A stretch of DNA of 57,705 nt from a virus (lineage: Duplodnaviria; Caudoviricetes): positions 1 through 57,705 of IMG/VR virus record IMGVR_UViG_3300010289_000001; one strand, written 5' to 3'. The stretch's first letter is position 1. Each line of letters begins with the position of its first letter. The position numbers and the translations under genes were made by a program. Shown here piece by piece: positions 8,512 to 19,014 of this stretch. Below the pieces are notes generated by a model. It saw nothing but the letters and a program-made list of their open reading frames with translations. It was not told the origin of the DNA and made no database searches.

Positions 8512-9105
8512 ATGCTAATTTTAAATCTAGGTGCTGGCAAGATTGATCCTATTTTAACAAAAGAAGAAGTAACATCTTTTATAACAACTATAAATTTAGA
8601 TACCAACTATTTGTCCGCTGCAACAGCATCGGAGATAGAAGATTATATCGAAAATAAAATGCCAGTTTCTTTTAACAGTAATGAAAAATTATATTGCAAT
8701 TGTAATGCATTTGAATTTATGGAAAAATTTCGCCCACAAGTAGATAGAATTTGCGCATATAGATTTCTGGAGCACATATCATTTACTCAAGTTTTATATT
8801 TTATTTATTTGGTTTCTACTTGTATTAAAAAGGGCGGTATTGTTGATATTATAGTTCCAAATTATGAAATTCTAGCTAAAATGATTTTGGATGAAGTAAT
8901 TGATCAGAATTTTGAAGCTAATAATATTTTATTAACAACAGAGCTTTTAAATGAGCCCTCATGCCCGCACGCTTCAATATGGACTCCTCAAAGAGCAAAA
9001 CATTTTTGGGAATTAGAAAAGAGATTTAAAATTATTCAGGAATACCCAAGATACGAATTTGATGGAAGAAATATATATCTTAGATTTTTAGCTAAAAGAG
9101 TTTAA
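8512..9105 (+). CDS. Class I SAM-dependent methyltransferase-like protein
   Basis: LILNLGAG motif I, FLEH, KKGGIVDIIVPN. Confidence 0.7.
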   Translation: MLILNLGAGKIDPILTKEEVTSFITTINLDTNYLSAATASEIEDYIENKMPVSFNSNEKLYCNCNAFEFMEKFRPQVDRICAYRFLEHISFTQVLYFIYLVSTCIKKGGIVDIIVPNYEILAKMILDEVIDQNFEANNILLTTELLNEPSCPHASIWTPQRAKHFWELEKRFKIIQEYPRYEFDGRNIYLRFLAKRV

Positions 9106-9245
9106 GAACTAACAAGAATATAGAAAATGGACTTAACCCAATGAGTCATTGTTAAAAAATTTGGAAGGTTACCAAAAAGTACTCGACGATGGAATGAGAT
9201 TGAATGAAACTGAAATGGTAGAAGTAATAAAACAATAGTGAATAG

Positions 9246-10208
9246 GTGAAAATCATGACAACACCAAGACATTCGTTTGAGGCTCTTGCGCCAGAAATGG
9301 GATTAACTGTAGATCCAGTTAGAAGAATGTATAGTTATTCAGATAGATATAGCGAAGTTGTATATAGAGATCTTTTAACTTATTCTGATAAAACTAATAA
9401 TGCTCATCCAACAGATGGGTATAGTACATCTCTTTTAGCAGTTTTTACTAGAGGACTAGATGATCCTGTTGATAGATATATTTATGCTGGTTATGTTTCA
9501 ACTAAATATAAATTCATAGGAAATGATGCTGTAAATCAGTCAATTAGAGAATCTATAACAAAAGTAGGAACTCCAATCATTGCAGAAAATACTTTATTCT
9601 ATAATGCATATACAAGAATGAGAAATGAAATCTTAATAAGAAATTCTCATAATGTGTATGAAGTAGGAAACATCATCCCAGTTATGGTTGTGGAAAACAG
9701 TTATAATGGAACAAAGAAAGCATCTGTTTCATTTGGTTTGGCTATTGAAGGCGAAAAAATAAGAGGCAGATTAATATTTAAATTTAGACTAGGGGAAATG
9801 AGCCAAGTTCATATTAGATCATCGAAGACAAATGTTGATGCAGCTATTCAATCATATATACAAGTATTTAAAAATGATATACTTGATATGATTAAATTTT
9901 CTTTTGAAAAAAAAATTACTGAAGAATCTTTATTTGATATTTTAGGATTTATTGAAAAAATCAGTAAGAAAAAACGTGATGATATTTCAAAGTATCTTTC
10001 TGAAATAACACCTAAGCCACAAGAAGGACAACCGCCAGTGTTACCTTCCGCGTGGGATATGTTTTTAGCTATAGCCATGTTTAGCACAATGGAATCTAAC
10101 TTAAATATAAAAAGAATTCTTGAGGATGCTGCTGAAAGTTGTTTGGTAATTCCAGAAAGAATGTCTAAAGTATTAGCAAAATTAGAAAAACAAGATATAG
10201 AAGAGTGA
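9246..10208 (+). CDS. DUF932-like protein
   Basis: VSTKYKFIGN and VVENSYNGT patterns typical of the DUF932 family. Confidence 0.55.
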   Translation: MKIMTTPRHSFEALAPEMGLTVDPVRRMYSYSDRYSEVVYRDLLTYSDKTNNAHPTDGYSTSLLAVFTRGLDDPVDRYIYAGYVSTKYKFIGNDAVNQSIRESITKVGTPIIAENTLFYNAYTRMRNEILIRNSHNVYEVGNIIPVMVVENSYNGTKKASVSFGLAIEGEKIRGRLIFKFRLGEMSQVHIRSSKTNVDAAIQSYIQVFKNDILDMIKFSFEKKITEESLFDILGFIEKISKKKRDDISKYLSEITPKPQEGQPPVLPSAWDMFLAIAMFSTMESNLNIKRILEDAAESCLVIPERMSKVLAKLEKQDIEE

Positions 10209-10221
10209 TACTACTTCTTGT

Positions 10222-10259
10222 AAAAAATAGGTTGGTTTCTATAACAACCTATTTTTTTT
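10222..10259 (+). terminator. Intrinsic terminator
   Basis: AAAAAATAGGTTG…CAACCTATTTTTTTT after the 9246-10208 gene. Confidence 0.75.
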
Positions 10260-10267
10260 GGAACAAA
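10258..10267 (+). promoter_or_regulatory. Motif B variant (TTGGAACAAA), putative late promoter
   Basis: About 20 nt upstream of the 10288 structural-type gene; matches the recurrent TAGAACAAA motif. Confidence 0.55.
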
Positions 10268-10287
10268 AAAATAAAGGAATATAATTT

Positions 10288-11610
10288 ATGCCAGAAAATA
10301 TTAATGACTCGATCGAAAGTGGTAACAAACCAACTGGAGTATATATTCAGACATATAAAATAAAGACCACCATAAAAGATTTAGATTATACACATGATCT
10401 AGTTGCTTTTAAAATTATAACTACATTAGCTTCAGCATACCAAATGTTTTTTATATCATTATACATTGATCCTAATGATGTTATTTTAAATAATTTGTTT
10501 GGTGGGGATTTAATTAAAATTGAAGTAACTCTATATAAAGAAATTGGTATCCCAACAGAAACTATTTCTTTTGAATTAATTTATTTAACATCAGATTTTA
10601 ACTTTGCTGAAAGAGCCCAGACCTCCGCATTAAAAGAGGAGCAAATAAATTGGGAAAGAACTATCATAACTATTCATGCAGTTCCTAAAGAACCCTATAA
10701 GATTATGTCAACTGTAGTTAATGACGTGTTTATTGGAACAACTTTAAGAAATGTAATAACTTCATTAGCATCTAAAGTTGGAGCAACTTTAGAGTATGAT
10801 TCTAGTGGTGAAAACACTGAGCTTATAGATCAAATTTGTATACCACCAACTACATTTTATAAAATAATAAAAGAATCTGGTGGCGACGATGATATGTTTG
10901 ATGGTTACCTTGATAGAAGATTTGGATTATTTGATGGAGTTGCTGGAGTTTTTTGTAATTATGATAAAAAAATTTATATCAAGAATTTAACTGAAAGAAT
11001 GAAACGAGGGCATAATTTTACTATCTATCAATTAGCCGGAATGGAAGGTGCAGAAAAACATACAACAATAGATAGAATAGCAGGCGAAGTTGATGAAGGA
11101 AAAGCATATTATACATTCAGTATTATTCAAAGTGAATATTATGCAAACGCAAAATTTGCAACAATATCGAATGATATTAAACATATAGTTAAACCAGCAA
11201 ATAAGTTATTTTCTTTAGTTGAACAAAAATTGGAAAATATTGCTAAAGAACAAGCATTAATTTCTATGTCAAATAACTTAGAACCAAATTTTTATTTAAA
11301 TCCACTAATAAATAGAACAAGATATTTTAACGAAGATACTGGTTACGAAGAGAGTAAAATTATTTTTGGTTCTTCTTTAGCAAAAAGCTTATGTGATTTG
11401 TCAACAATATCATTAGACATTGAAAGAAATATAGATATAAAACATGCATTTAATATTGGCGACTGTATAAAATTTAAACCATTAACAATATCTTATGCAG
11501 CATTAGAAGGTAAATATATTTTATTTAGAACAGAACTAAGTTTTACAAGAAGGAATCAATGGTTATCAACTTGCAATTTTACACTAATTAGAAGTAACAA
11601 AACAAGTTAG
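10288..11610 (+). CDS. Probable baseplate hub / tail protein
   Basis: 440 aa, beta-rich, C-terminal GDCI…GKYIL pattern of hub (gp27/gpD-like) proteins; next to the terminase. Confidence 0.45.
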   Translation: MPENINDSIESGNKPTGVYIQTYKIKTTIKDLDYTHDLVAFKIITTLASAYQMFFISLYIDPNDVILNNLFGGDLIKIEVTLYKEIGIPTETISFELIYLTSDFNFAERAQTSALKEEQINWERTIITIHAVPKEPYKIMSTVVNDVFIGTTLRNVITSLASKVGATLEYDSSGENTELIDQICIPPTTFYKIIKESGGDDDMFDGYLDRRFGLFDGVAGVFCNYDKKIYIKNLTERMKRGHNFTIYQLAGMEGAEKHTTIDRIAGEVDEGKAYYTFSIIQSEYYANAKFATISNDIKHIVKPANKLFSLVEQKLENIAKEQALISMSNNLEPNFYLNPLINRTRYFNEDTGYEESKIIFGSSLAKSLCDLSTISLDIERNIDIKHAFNIGDCIKFKPLTISYAALEGKYILFRTELSFTRRNQWLSTCNFTLIRSNKTS

Positions 11611-11685
11611 TGCGAATTATACCGCATTAAGTTTACTCGGCGTTAAAACTTGGAAAAAATACTTTAGAATCTTTCTAGATTTACT

Positions 11686-11722
11686 ATTAATATATATAAA
11701 TAGATTATGTTTTTAGAACAAA
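11686..11722. promoter_or_regulatory. Back-to-back motif A (minus, 11686-11698) and motif B (plus, 11712-11722)
   Basis: ATTAATATATATA then TTTAGAACAAA upstream of the terminase. Confidence 0.65.
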
Positions 11723-11740
11723 TCATAAAGGAGATTTTTA

Positions 11741-13399
11741 ATGGAAGATGAAAAAGTAAAAAACCTAGAAGAGATAGCGGATGAATATGTTCAGGAATAT
11801 TTAAAATGTAAGGGAGACTTTGAATATTTTTGCAAAAAATATATCTTGATAGAACTACCAGGAAAAGATGCACATTTAATTCCATATAAAAAACAAATAG
11901 AATTAATTAATCTAATCGAAGAAAAAAAGTATGTTCTCGTACTTAAGAGTCGTCAGATAGGCATATCGACTATTATTCAAGCATATTCAGCCTGGTTAAG
12001 CGTTTTTTATGATAATGTTGTTATAGGAATTATTTCAAAAGATGGTAAGGAAGCTACAGACTTTGCTAGAGCCATCAGAGGAATGATTGAAAAGCTTCCT
12101 GACTGGATGAAACCTCCAAAAGGGCCATTGGGCAAGGGCTTCGCTAAAAGGACTGAGCAATCGTTTATCCTTACGAATGGGAGCAAAGTTTACGCTTCTC
12201 CAGTTAACCCAAATGCTCCTAGCAAGACTCTTCGTGGTAAAGCTATAACATTTTTGGTTATAGATGAGGCTGCATTTATCAACTATATCGATACTGCATG
12301 GGTCTCAATGGTTCCTGCATTATCAACTAATCAAATGCAAGCCAGAAAAGCTGGAGTTCCATATGGTACTGTAGTATTGTCAACTCCGAATAAAACTGTT
12401 GGAATTGGCGAATGGTATTTCAAGAGATATCAAAAAGCTATTTCAAGAGACGATATTTTTGAACCTTTTGTTATTCACTGGAAGATGATTCCTGAGTTGG
12501 CAGAAGATTCAGAGTGGTACAAAAATCAATGTAAACTTTTTGATAATGATCCTAGAAAAATTGCACAAGAATTAGAGTTAAAATTCTTACCAGCAGAAGG
12601 ATCATTCTTTAGTGCAGAAACTGTTGAAAAAGTACAAGATGCAGTTCGGGAACCAATTGAGATTCTTAAACTATTTAATGGTGAATTATGGAGATTCTCG
12701 AATGCAATACCTGGTAGATACTATATAATGGGGGTTGATACAGCTCCTGAGCATGGCGAAGATAAATCTGCAATAACAGTTTGGGATTATGAAACATTAG
12801 AGCAAGTAGCCGAGTACCAAACTAAATGTAAAGTTCTTGATTTTGTTAAAGCTGTAAAAATTGTTGCGGCACAATACCCTGGTTTGATAGTTATAGAATC
12901 TAACTCATACGGAAACCAAGTTGTCGAACAAATATACAATAGTGAGTATTCAGTTATGGTTTACAAAGAAAGAAGGGGCAGCAAAACTTTCTTACCAGGA
13001 CTATCAACAAATACAAAAACAAGACCATTAATGATTGACGCATTATACTCATATATAACTCAATATCCTGAAATAGTTAAATCAAAAAGATTGGCATTAG
13101 AAATTGCAGGCTTGGTAACAAAAACAAGTGGTAGAGTAGAGGCGGATAGCGGATCAAGAGATGACTTAGTATTATCTGCTTCGTGCGCTTTCTATGTTAG
13201 AAAATATGATCCACCTCTATTCATTGGCTCAAGTGACTATACAGTTATGAGTAATGATATGATAGAAATTATAGAAAGCAACGCTTCAAAAAGGACTAAT
13301 TCTTTAGGGGAGTTTGCAGATATTGAATTAATTAAAAAAGTTAAAGAAAATAATTTAGCAGGATTTGTTGATATATTGGGTATGTATACTAACAAATAA
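11741..13399 (+). CDS. terL: Terminase large subunit (T4 gp17-like)
   Basis: Walker A KSRQIGIST, Walker B FLVIDEAAF, coupling motif LSTPN, nuclease IMGVDTA and DDLV. Confidence 0.93.
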   Translation: MEDEKVKNLEEIADEYVQEYLKCKGDFEYFCKKYILIELPGKDAHLIPYKKQIELINLIEEKKYVLVLKSRQIGISTIIQAYSAWLSVFYDNVVIGIISKDGKEATDFARAIRGMIEKLPDWMKPPKGPLGKGFAKRTEQSFILTNGSKVYASPVNPNAPSKTLRGKAITFLVIDEAAFINYIDTAWVSMVPALSTNQMQARKAGVPYGTVVLSTPNKTVGIGEWYFKRYQKAISRDDIFEPFVIHWKMIPELAEDSEWYKNQCKLFDNDPRKIAQELELKFLPAEGSFFSAETVEKVQDAVREPIEILKLFNGELWRFSNAIPGRYYIMGVDTAPEHGEDKSAITVWDYETLEQVAEYQTKCKVLDFVKAVKIVAAQYPGLIVIESNSYGNQVVEQIYNSEYSVMVYKERRGSKTFLPGLSTNTKTRPLMIDALYSYITQYPEIVKSKRLALEIAGLVTKTSGRVEADSGSRDDLVLSASCAFYVRKYDPPLFIGSSDYTVMSNDMIEIIESNASKRTNSLGEFADIELIKKVKENNLAGFVDILGMYTNK

Positions 13400-13410
13400 G
13401 AGGAACTGTA

Positions 13411-14274
13411 ATGGATAATCAAGAAAATTTAAATGAGTTATTTAAACTACCAATTGGTTTACAACCAGTAGCTCAACTTGATGATAAAATTTTATATGGT
13501 TCTAATTCTCTTAGAAAATCTTTTTTAGAAGCTATACAATCAACTTCTGTCTTAAATAATTCTAGTATAATTGAGACATTAGTTAATGACGGAAAAATAG
13601 TTCCTTGCTTTACTACAAGCGGTTTAGCTTCATTCTTTTTATGGAAAATATTTGCACCTGTACATCTTAAAAATGTAGTAGGTTTTTATAGTAGAGAAAC
13701 TAAAAAAGTTTATGTTTTACTATCAAACAATTTTTCATTTTTTGCTTATGCTTCAAATGACTGGTTAGCAAAATTAGTTTTGCATGAGTGTATGCATATG
13801 GTCTCTCATATGAAACCAAATTCTTTTATAAGCGATTTTAATGATATTCTAACCAAATATTATATATATTACTTTAAAAAAATTTTTGACCAAATCGAAG
13901 AAAAAGAAGTGAACAATTTTATAAATTTTATATTTAATGATTTTGAAACTAAAATACCACAAGGAAATATACTAAAAGAATATAGGGAATATATACAAAA
14001 AATATCACCAGAGGCAAATAAAGATAAAGTAGATAAATTAATAACAATTATTGCAGTATATTTTAATAATTTTGATAAATTTTTTTCTATAAAAGGTAAA
14101 TTTCAAGATGTGTTATACCCATTGTATTTGTCGTACAAAAATGCTTTAAATATAAAAAATCTATCAACTGTTTGTATTCAGGAATTGTTCTACCCATCAG
14201 AAGTAGTAGCCATCTCTTCTGAATATTCTCAATATTCAAGCAAAGTATTAACTACTTTAAAAAGGTTAACATAA
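13411..14274 (+). CDS. HExxH zincin-like metallopeptidase
   Basis: VGFYS…VYVL…VLHECMHMV. Confidence 0.55.
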   Translation: MDNQENLNELFKLPIGLQPVAQLDDKILYGSNSLRKSFLEAIQSTSVLNNSSIIETLVNDGKIVPCFTTSGLASFFLWKIFAPVHLKNVVGFYSRETKKVYVLLSNNFSFFAYASNDWLAKLVLHECMHMVSHMKPNSFISDFNDILTKYYIYYFKKIFDQIEEKEVNNFINFIFNDFETKIPQGNILKEYREYIQKISPEANKDKVDKLITIIAVYFNNFDKFFSIKGKFQDVLYPLYLSYKNALNIKNLSTVCIQELFYPSEVVAISSEYSQYSSKVLTTLKRLT

Positions 14275-14275
14275 T

Positions 14276-17200
14276 ATGGCAACAAACTATGATGAAATAG
14301 GACGCAAAGTGGATCTTTTAGATGATCCTGTCAGTAGTGCAGATAGAGCAAAAAGAATAAATAGTTTAGCAAGAACTGTAGCAGATATCGAACGCCAAAG
14401 CAATGAGAGAATAATTGATTATAGTAAAGAAATAAATAGTCTAACAAATGAACAGAAACGAATGTTACAAAAACTTGAAATGCAGAGAGACGAATTTACC
14501 ACTGATACAATGCAATCATATAACACAGTTGTTAAAGGGTTGGGTAATACAATTAATAGATTAGCAACTGGAATTAAATATATTACAAGTGAAACTGCAA
14601 AAGCAACAAAAGATGCAATTGGACAATACGCTAGAGCTATTGGCGAAGATATAAATATCAATAAACAAAATACAGTAGCTATGGCCTTATCTTCAGCATC
14701 TCCTATCTTTGGTTATTTTGCTTCTAAATTTATGGAGACCGATATATTTAGAAGTGCAGCAGATAGAATTAGAGAAAAATTGGGTGAGGCTGTATCCAGC
14801 GGTTTTTCAAGACTTGGCAGAATAATTGGTATTAAGAAAAAATATGATGATGATGATGAAATTCCAAGTATGCAACGAGGTGGTTATGTAAAGAAAGGAG
14901 GAATAATAAAAGTACATTCTGCGGAAGTTGTAATGCCTGCGGAAAAAGTAATGCAACAAATTGATAAAGCTAAAAATACAGCCATAGCTAAACAAATTGG
15001 AACAACTATGGCTGATATGTCTGAAACTCTAGAAACAATACAAGAAGATTCTGAGCAAACAGTAAAAAAAACAGGAAATATTGTAAATACTTTTCTAAAT
15101 GAATATAAAAAAGTTCAAGAAGAACAATCGGAAATTGGCGGAACAATAAAGCATGTGGTTTCAGAACTAAAAGAAATAAAATTGGCAATGTTCGGTGCTG
15201 CAGATACATGGGGTACTGTTCTAGAAAGAACATTAGATAAGCATCCATTCTTTAAAGGAATGTATCAAGTATATAGATTCTTTAATGCAACATTACCAAA
15301 AGTATTTAGATGGGTATTTGGAAGAAGAGGAAAATATGCTTCAGATGTTGCCAAGGCTACTAGTAGTAGTAACGTTTATGATAGAATAGTTGGTGCAACT
15401 GGTTTACTTTATACTGGCTTAATGCCAAAAATGGATGAATTAATTCAATATGTAAAAGAACTAACAGAGTTTACAACAAAAAAAGAAGTTACTAAAGTAA
15501 AAGAAGAATTTGAAGAGTCTAGATGGGATAAAATCATAGAGTGGTTTAAAGAACCAGTAAAAAAAGATGAGAGAACTCTTATACAAAAATTATTTGATTA
15601 TGTCATAGAACGTGCGGATGACGACGATAATATAAAAGAATATATGAAAGAAAAAGGAATAACTAATTTTTCAGATCTCTTACACCCAATAGAATTATTA
15701 AAAAAATCAGGAGTTACAGAAGCTCAAATACAAGCTAAAGCAGGGAAATTTGGTAAATATCTTTTTGATGATGAAAAAGTAGAAGTAGAAATAAGTAATA
15801 AAGAAAAAGAAAAAGTAGAAACTAAAGAAAGTAAAAAATCTATAATAAAAACTATTATTGGATTTCTTAAAAGAATAACAAAAGCAGAAGAAGATAGAGA
15901 AGAGAGAGAGGGGCCACATTCCCCAAGTATGGCGGAAAATATTTCCATTACAGCTGAAGTAACAAAAAAAGAGGCAAAAAGAAAACAAAAAAGTGATGAA
16001 AAGCAATTAAATGCATTAGAAAAAACACATAAGTCAATAAAAGGTTTTGGAGAACAGATAAATCTTTTTGCAAAACAAACTGTTAAAAAATTAGGAGATT
16101 GGTTATGGAGTGGCATAATATTTGCATTCAATATGCTTTCAACAGTTATTAGTACTTCATTTAGTGCGTTAACTGGAGTTCTTGGAGGCATTCTTAGTGC
16201 ATTAGGTATACCTGGATTAGGAGCTCTTCGTACATTAGTTGGTAGAGGATTGGGAAAAATAGGATTTAAAAAGTTATCCGAAAAAATAATTCCAAAGAAA
16301 AAAAGTTTAACGACCATGGCTAAAACTGGAGTTGAAGGAGTAAAAGAAGCTTACAAAAAAAAGGGAATAAAAGGTGCAGCTGGTGCAACAGGGAGAATGA
16401 TAGGAAAAATAGGAGTAACATCAGTTGGTCAAGGAGTATCCGCAATAGGAAAAACAGTCAAAAAAGGGGTTGGTACTTTAATGCCAGGTATAAAGTCTAC
16501 TGCAAAATTTGGTGGTAAGCTAGCAATGGGAGGTGCAAAATTAGCTGGAAGGTTTGTTTTATTACCTTTAATTGCAGGAGCTGAATTACTTGGTTCTGGT
16601 TTTGATGCCATATCAGCGCTAATAAATCCAGAAGAATTTGTTGCAAGCAGAATGGCCGCAGGAATAGGAGCTTTCTTTGGTGGAAAAGATAGTGGGTGGT
16701 CTGGTGCTGCAAGCGGGGCTATGAAGTGGGGTACTGTTGGAGCTGCAGCAGGGTCCATCATTCCTGGAATAGGAACAATGATTGGTGGAGGAGTTGGAGC
16801 TTTATTGGGTGCTATAGTCGGATTTGTTGGCGGGAAAAATTTAGCAAAAGGTATTGACTGGGTAATTGACGGGGTAAAAGCTATAGCAAAAGGGTTGTGG
16901 GAAGTAATTAAATTTCCATTTCAAGCTCTTCGCGAAACAGTAAAGAGCATCTGGGTTGTTTTAAAATGGGGTTGGAAAAATACTTTTGGTAAATGGATAG
17001 ATTCTTTAACAAATTGGTTTATAGAATGGTGGAATAAAGAAGGCACAGTTACAAAAGTAATGAAAAAAACTATAGAGGCTTTTCCAAAAATATGGGATGG
17101 ATTGAAAATTGCATATAACGAAATATTAGGAGTTTTCTCAAATTTATGGGATGCAATTACATCTTTTGCAGCAAAGGCAAAAGACTGGATAATTGATAAA

Positions 17201-17632
17201 CTAAGTGCTTTAGGACCTGTTTGGAACTGGATAAAAGACTATGTAATACAACCAGTTCAAAAAATAAGAGAAGGGAAAGTCGCTGAAGAATTAGAACAAT
17301 TTTTAAATGATGAAAGACCAGTTAAAGAAATGGGAGACCCAACAAAAGTTTTAATGAGCGAAATTGCAAACGTATCTGCAGCACAACATAGAGCTAATCA
17401 GGAAGCATCATTAGAAGTAATGAAGAAAACCGCTGAAGAAACAACTAAAGCTATAAAAGATTCAGGAGAAGAAAATAAGAAAATCATACAAAATAGTAAT
17501 GTTAATATGATAAATATGTGGAAGAACTGGGCAAATAGCAGCGCAGTCAGTTCTAGAATGAATACAATACCTGCCATGACTTCAGCATATGGAAGTTATT
17601 CTGATAGAGTACTATATGGCAGGATGCAATAA
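14276..17632 (+). CDS. Tape-measure-like protein
   Basis: 1118 aa, helical, Gly/Ala-rich hydrophobic stretch, periodic Trp repeats, GG…VHSAEVVMP motif. Confidence 0.7.
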   Translation: MATNYDEIGRKVDLLDDPVSSADRAKRINSLARTVADIERQSNERIIDYSKEINSLTNEQKRMLQKLEMQRDEFTTDTMQSYNTVVKGLGNTINRLATGIKYITSETAKATKDAIGQYARAIGEDININKQNTVAMALSSASPIFGYFASKFMETDIFRSAADRIREKLGEAVSSGFSRLGRIIGIKKKYDDDDEIPSMQRGGYVKKGGIIKVHSAEVVMPAEKVMQQIDKAKNTAIAKQIGTTMADMSETLETIQEDSEQTVKKTGNIVNTFLNEYKKVQEEQSEIGGTIKHVVSELKEIKLAMFGAADTWGTVLERTLDKHPFFKGMYQVYRFFNATLPKVFRWVFGRRGKYASDVAKATSSSNVYDRIVGATGLLYTGLMPKMDELIQYVKELTEFTTKKEVTKVKEEFEESRWDKIIEWFKEPVKKDERTLIQKLFDYVIERADDDDNIKEYMKEKGITNFSDLLHPIELLKKSGVTEAQIQAKAGKFGKYLFDDEKVEVEISNKEKEKVETKESKKSIIKTIIGFLKRITKAEEDREEREGPHSPSMAENISITAEVTKKEAKRKQKSDEKQLNALEKTHKSIKGFGEQINLFAKQTVKKLGDWLWSGIIFAFNMLSTVISTSFSALTGVLGGILSALGIPGLGALRTLVGRGLGKIGFKKLSEKIIPKKKSLTTMAKTGVEGVKEAYKKKGIKGAAGATGRMIGKIGVTSVGQGVSAIGKTVKKGVGTLMPGIKSTAKFGGKLAMGGAKLAGRFVLLPLIAGAELLGSGFDAISALINPEEFVASRMAAGIGAFFGGKDSGWSGAASGAMKWGTVGAAAGSIIPGIGTMIGGGVGALLGAIVGFVGGKNLAKGIDWVIDGVKAIAKGLWEVIKFPFQALRETVKSIWVVLKWGWKNTFGKWIDSLTNWFIEWWNKEGTVTKVMKKTIEAFPKIWDGLKIAYNEILGVFSNLWDAITSFAAKAKDWIIDKLSALGPVWNWIKDYVIQPVQKIREGKVAEELEQFLNDERPVKEMGDPTKVLMSEIANVSAAQHRANQEASLEVMKKTAEETTKAIKDSGEENKKIIQNSNVNMINMWKNWANSSAVSSRMNTIPAMTSAYGSYSDRVLYGRMQ

Positions 17633-17646
17633 TTTGGAGACGAGAT

Positions 17647-19008
17647 ATGCCAGAAACAACATATAACTATAAAAAAACATTAAATACTATTACTGTAAGT
17701 AATATAATTGGAATGCCTCCTAGAACATATGTAAGTGATTCCGTTATGTTTAATTCTATGCCAATTATTAGGATATCGCCTCACTTACCGAGAACTTCTA
17801 CTGGTCTTACGTTATTTACTTTAGAAAGTGCACAGGATGAATATAATAAAATATTGAATAACTTAGGATATAGTTTGGATGCTCCACTTGAGCCAATACG
17901 TTTAGTATTTAACGCTGACACGCTGCCAGTTGATACTTTTACAAACGATTATACAGAAACTTTTTTACAAAGAATGACTGATGTTGCATCACAAGGTATG
18001 TCGCAGATAATGCAAATAGCAGGCGCAAAAACTTTTACAGAAGGTGTTAGGAAAATAGGAGAGGGAACCGCCGAGAAAGGAGAAGAATTAGGAGGCACAG
18101 TTGGTGGGTTTATGAAAACAGCAGGCGAAACTGCGGCTGAAATTGCTAAAGAATTAGAGATGATGAAAGGAAGATTGGGAGCAGGGGCAGAAGGAGATAG
18201 AAGTCTTGCCTCACAAGCTATAAATACAATTGACAAAATGATGGCTGGGCATAGAATAGATTTTCCAAAGATTTGGGGGAATAGTGCTTACGCTGCAAAT
18301 TTTTCTGTAAATGTAAGATTATTTAACCCAAGACCAGGAAATTTGAAATATACTCAGCAATATTTAATTGGACCGCTAGCTGTAATTCTTGCATTGGCAT
18401 TACCAAGATCTGATGACGGTTATTCATATCAATGGCCATTCTTTCATAAAATTGAGGCCCCGGGTTTTTTAAATCTTACTCCAGCGGCAATAACAAATGT
18501 TACAGTAACAAAAGGAGGGGATGCACAACAGTTAGCATTTTCAAAAACATTAGGCTTGATAGATGTAAGGATAGATTTTACGACCATTTATGAAAGTATG
18601 CTTTTAGAGTCAGAAGATTCGTCCTTATCATACAAGAGACCAACAGTAAAAAATTATTTAGCGTCTTTAGAAAAAAATAGTCAAACAAATAATTTATCAA
18701 GTAGAAGCGAAATGAGAAGAGATTCAGCAAATGCGGCTGGCGCAAATGCAACTGGAGGAGGACCAGTAATTTTAAGATCATCTGTAGATCCACAAACTTC
18801 TGTTGAAAACATAACCAAAGAATCATTACTTGCAAAAAATTTTGCATCTGCAAAAAGACTTTCTACCGCAACTGATATCGTAAAGGAGGGGCCAAGTAGG
18901 GTATCAAGCAGCATTATTACTGTATCCAAAAATTTAGTAAATCAAAATAAAGAATTTATAAAAGATAACATTCCTTCTGGAATTGCTAAGAACATAATTC
19001 CAATATAA
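17647..19008 (+). CDS. Probable tail-tube initiator / baseplate protein
   Basis: Follows the tape measure; tube-like beta segment (YQWPFFHKI…AITNVTVT…DVRIDF). Confidence 0.45.
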   Translation: MPETTYNYKKTLNTITVSNIIGMPPRTYVSDSVMFNSMPIIRISPHLPRTSTGLTLFTLESAQDEYNKILNNLGYSLDAPLEPIRLVFNADTLPVDTFTNDYTETFLQRMTDVASQGMSQIMQIAGAKTFTEGVRKIGEGTAEKGEELGGTVGGFMKTAGETAAEIAKELEMMKGRLGAGAEGDRSLASQAINTIDKMMAGHRIDFPKIWGNSAYAANFSVNVRLFNPRPGNLKYTQQYLIGPLAVILALALPRSDDGYSYQWPFFHKIEAPGFLNLTPAAITNVTVTKGGDAQQLAFSKTLGLIDVRIDFTTIYESMLLESEDSSLSYKRPTVKNYLASLEKNSQTNNLSSRSEMRRDSANAAGANATGGGPVILRSSVDPQTSVENITKESLLAKNFASAKRLSTATDIVKEGPSRVSSSIITVSKNLVNQNKEFIKDNIPSGIAKNIIPI

Positions 19009-19014
19009 TATATA

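Noticed and set aside
14419-18929. Multiple short minus-strand ORFs inside the tape-measure and 17647 genes (similarly 41277-41786 on plus)
   Set aside because: Fully overlapped antisense frames of long genes, without SD or motifs.
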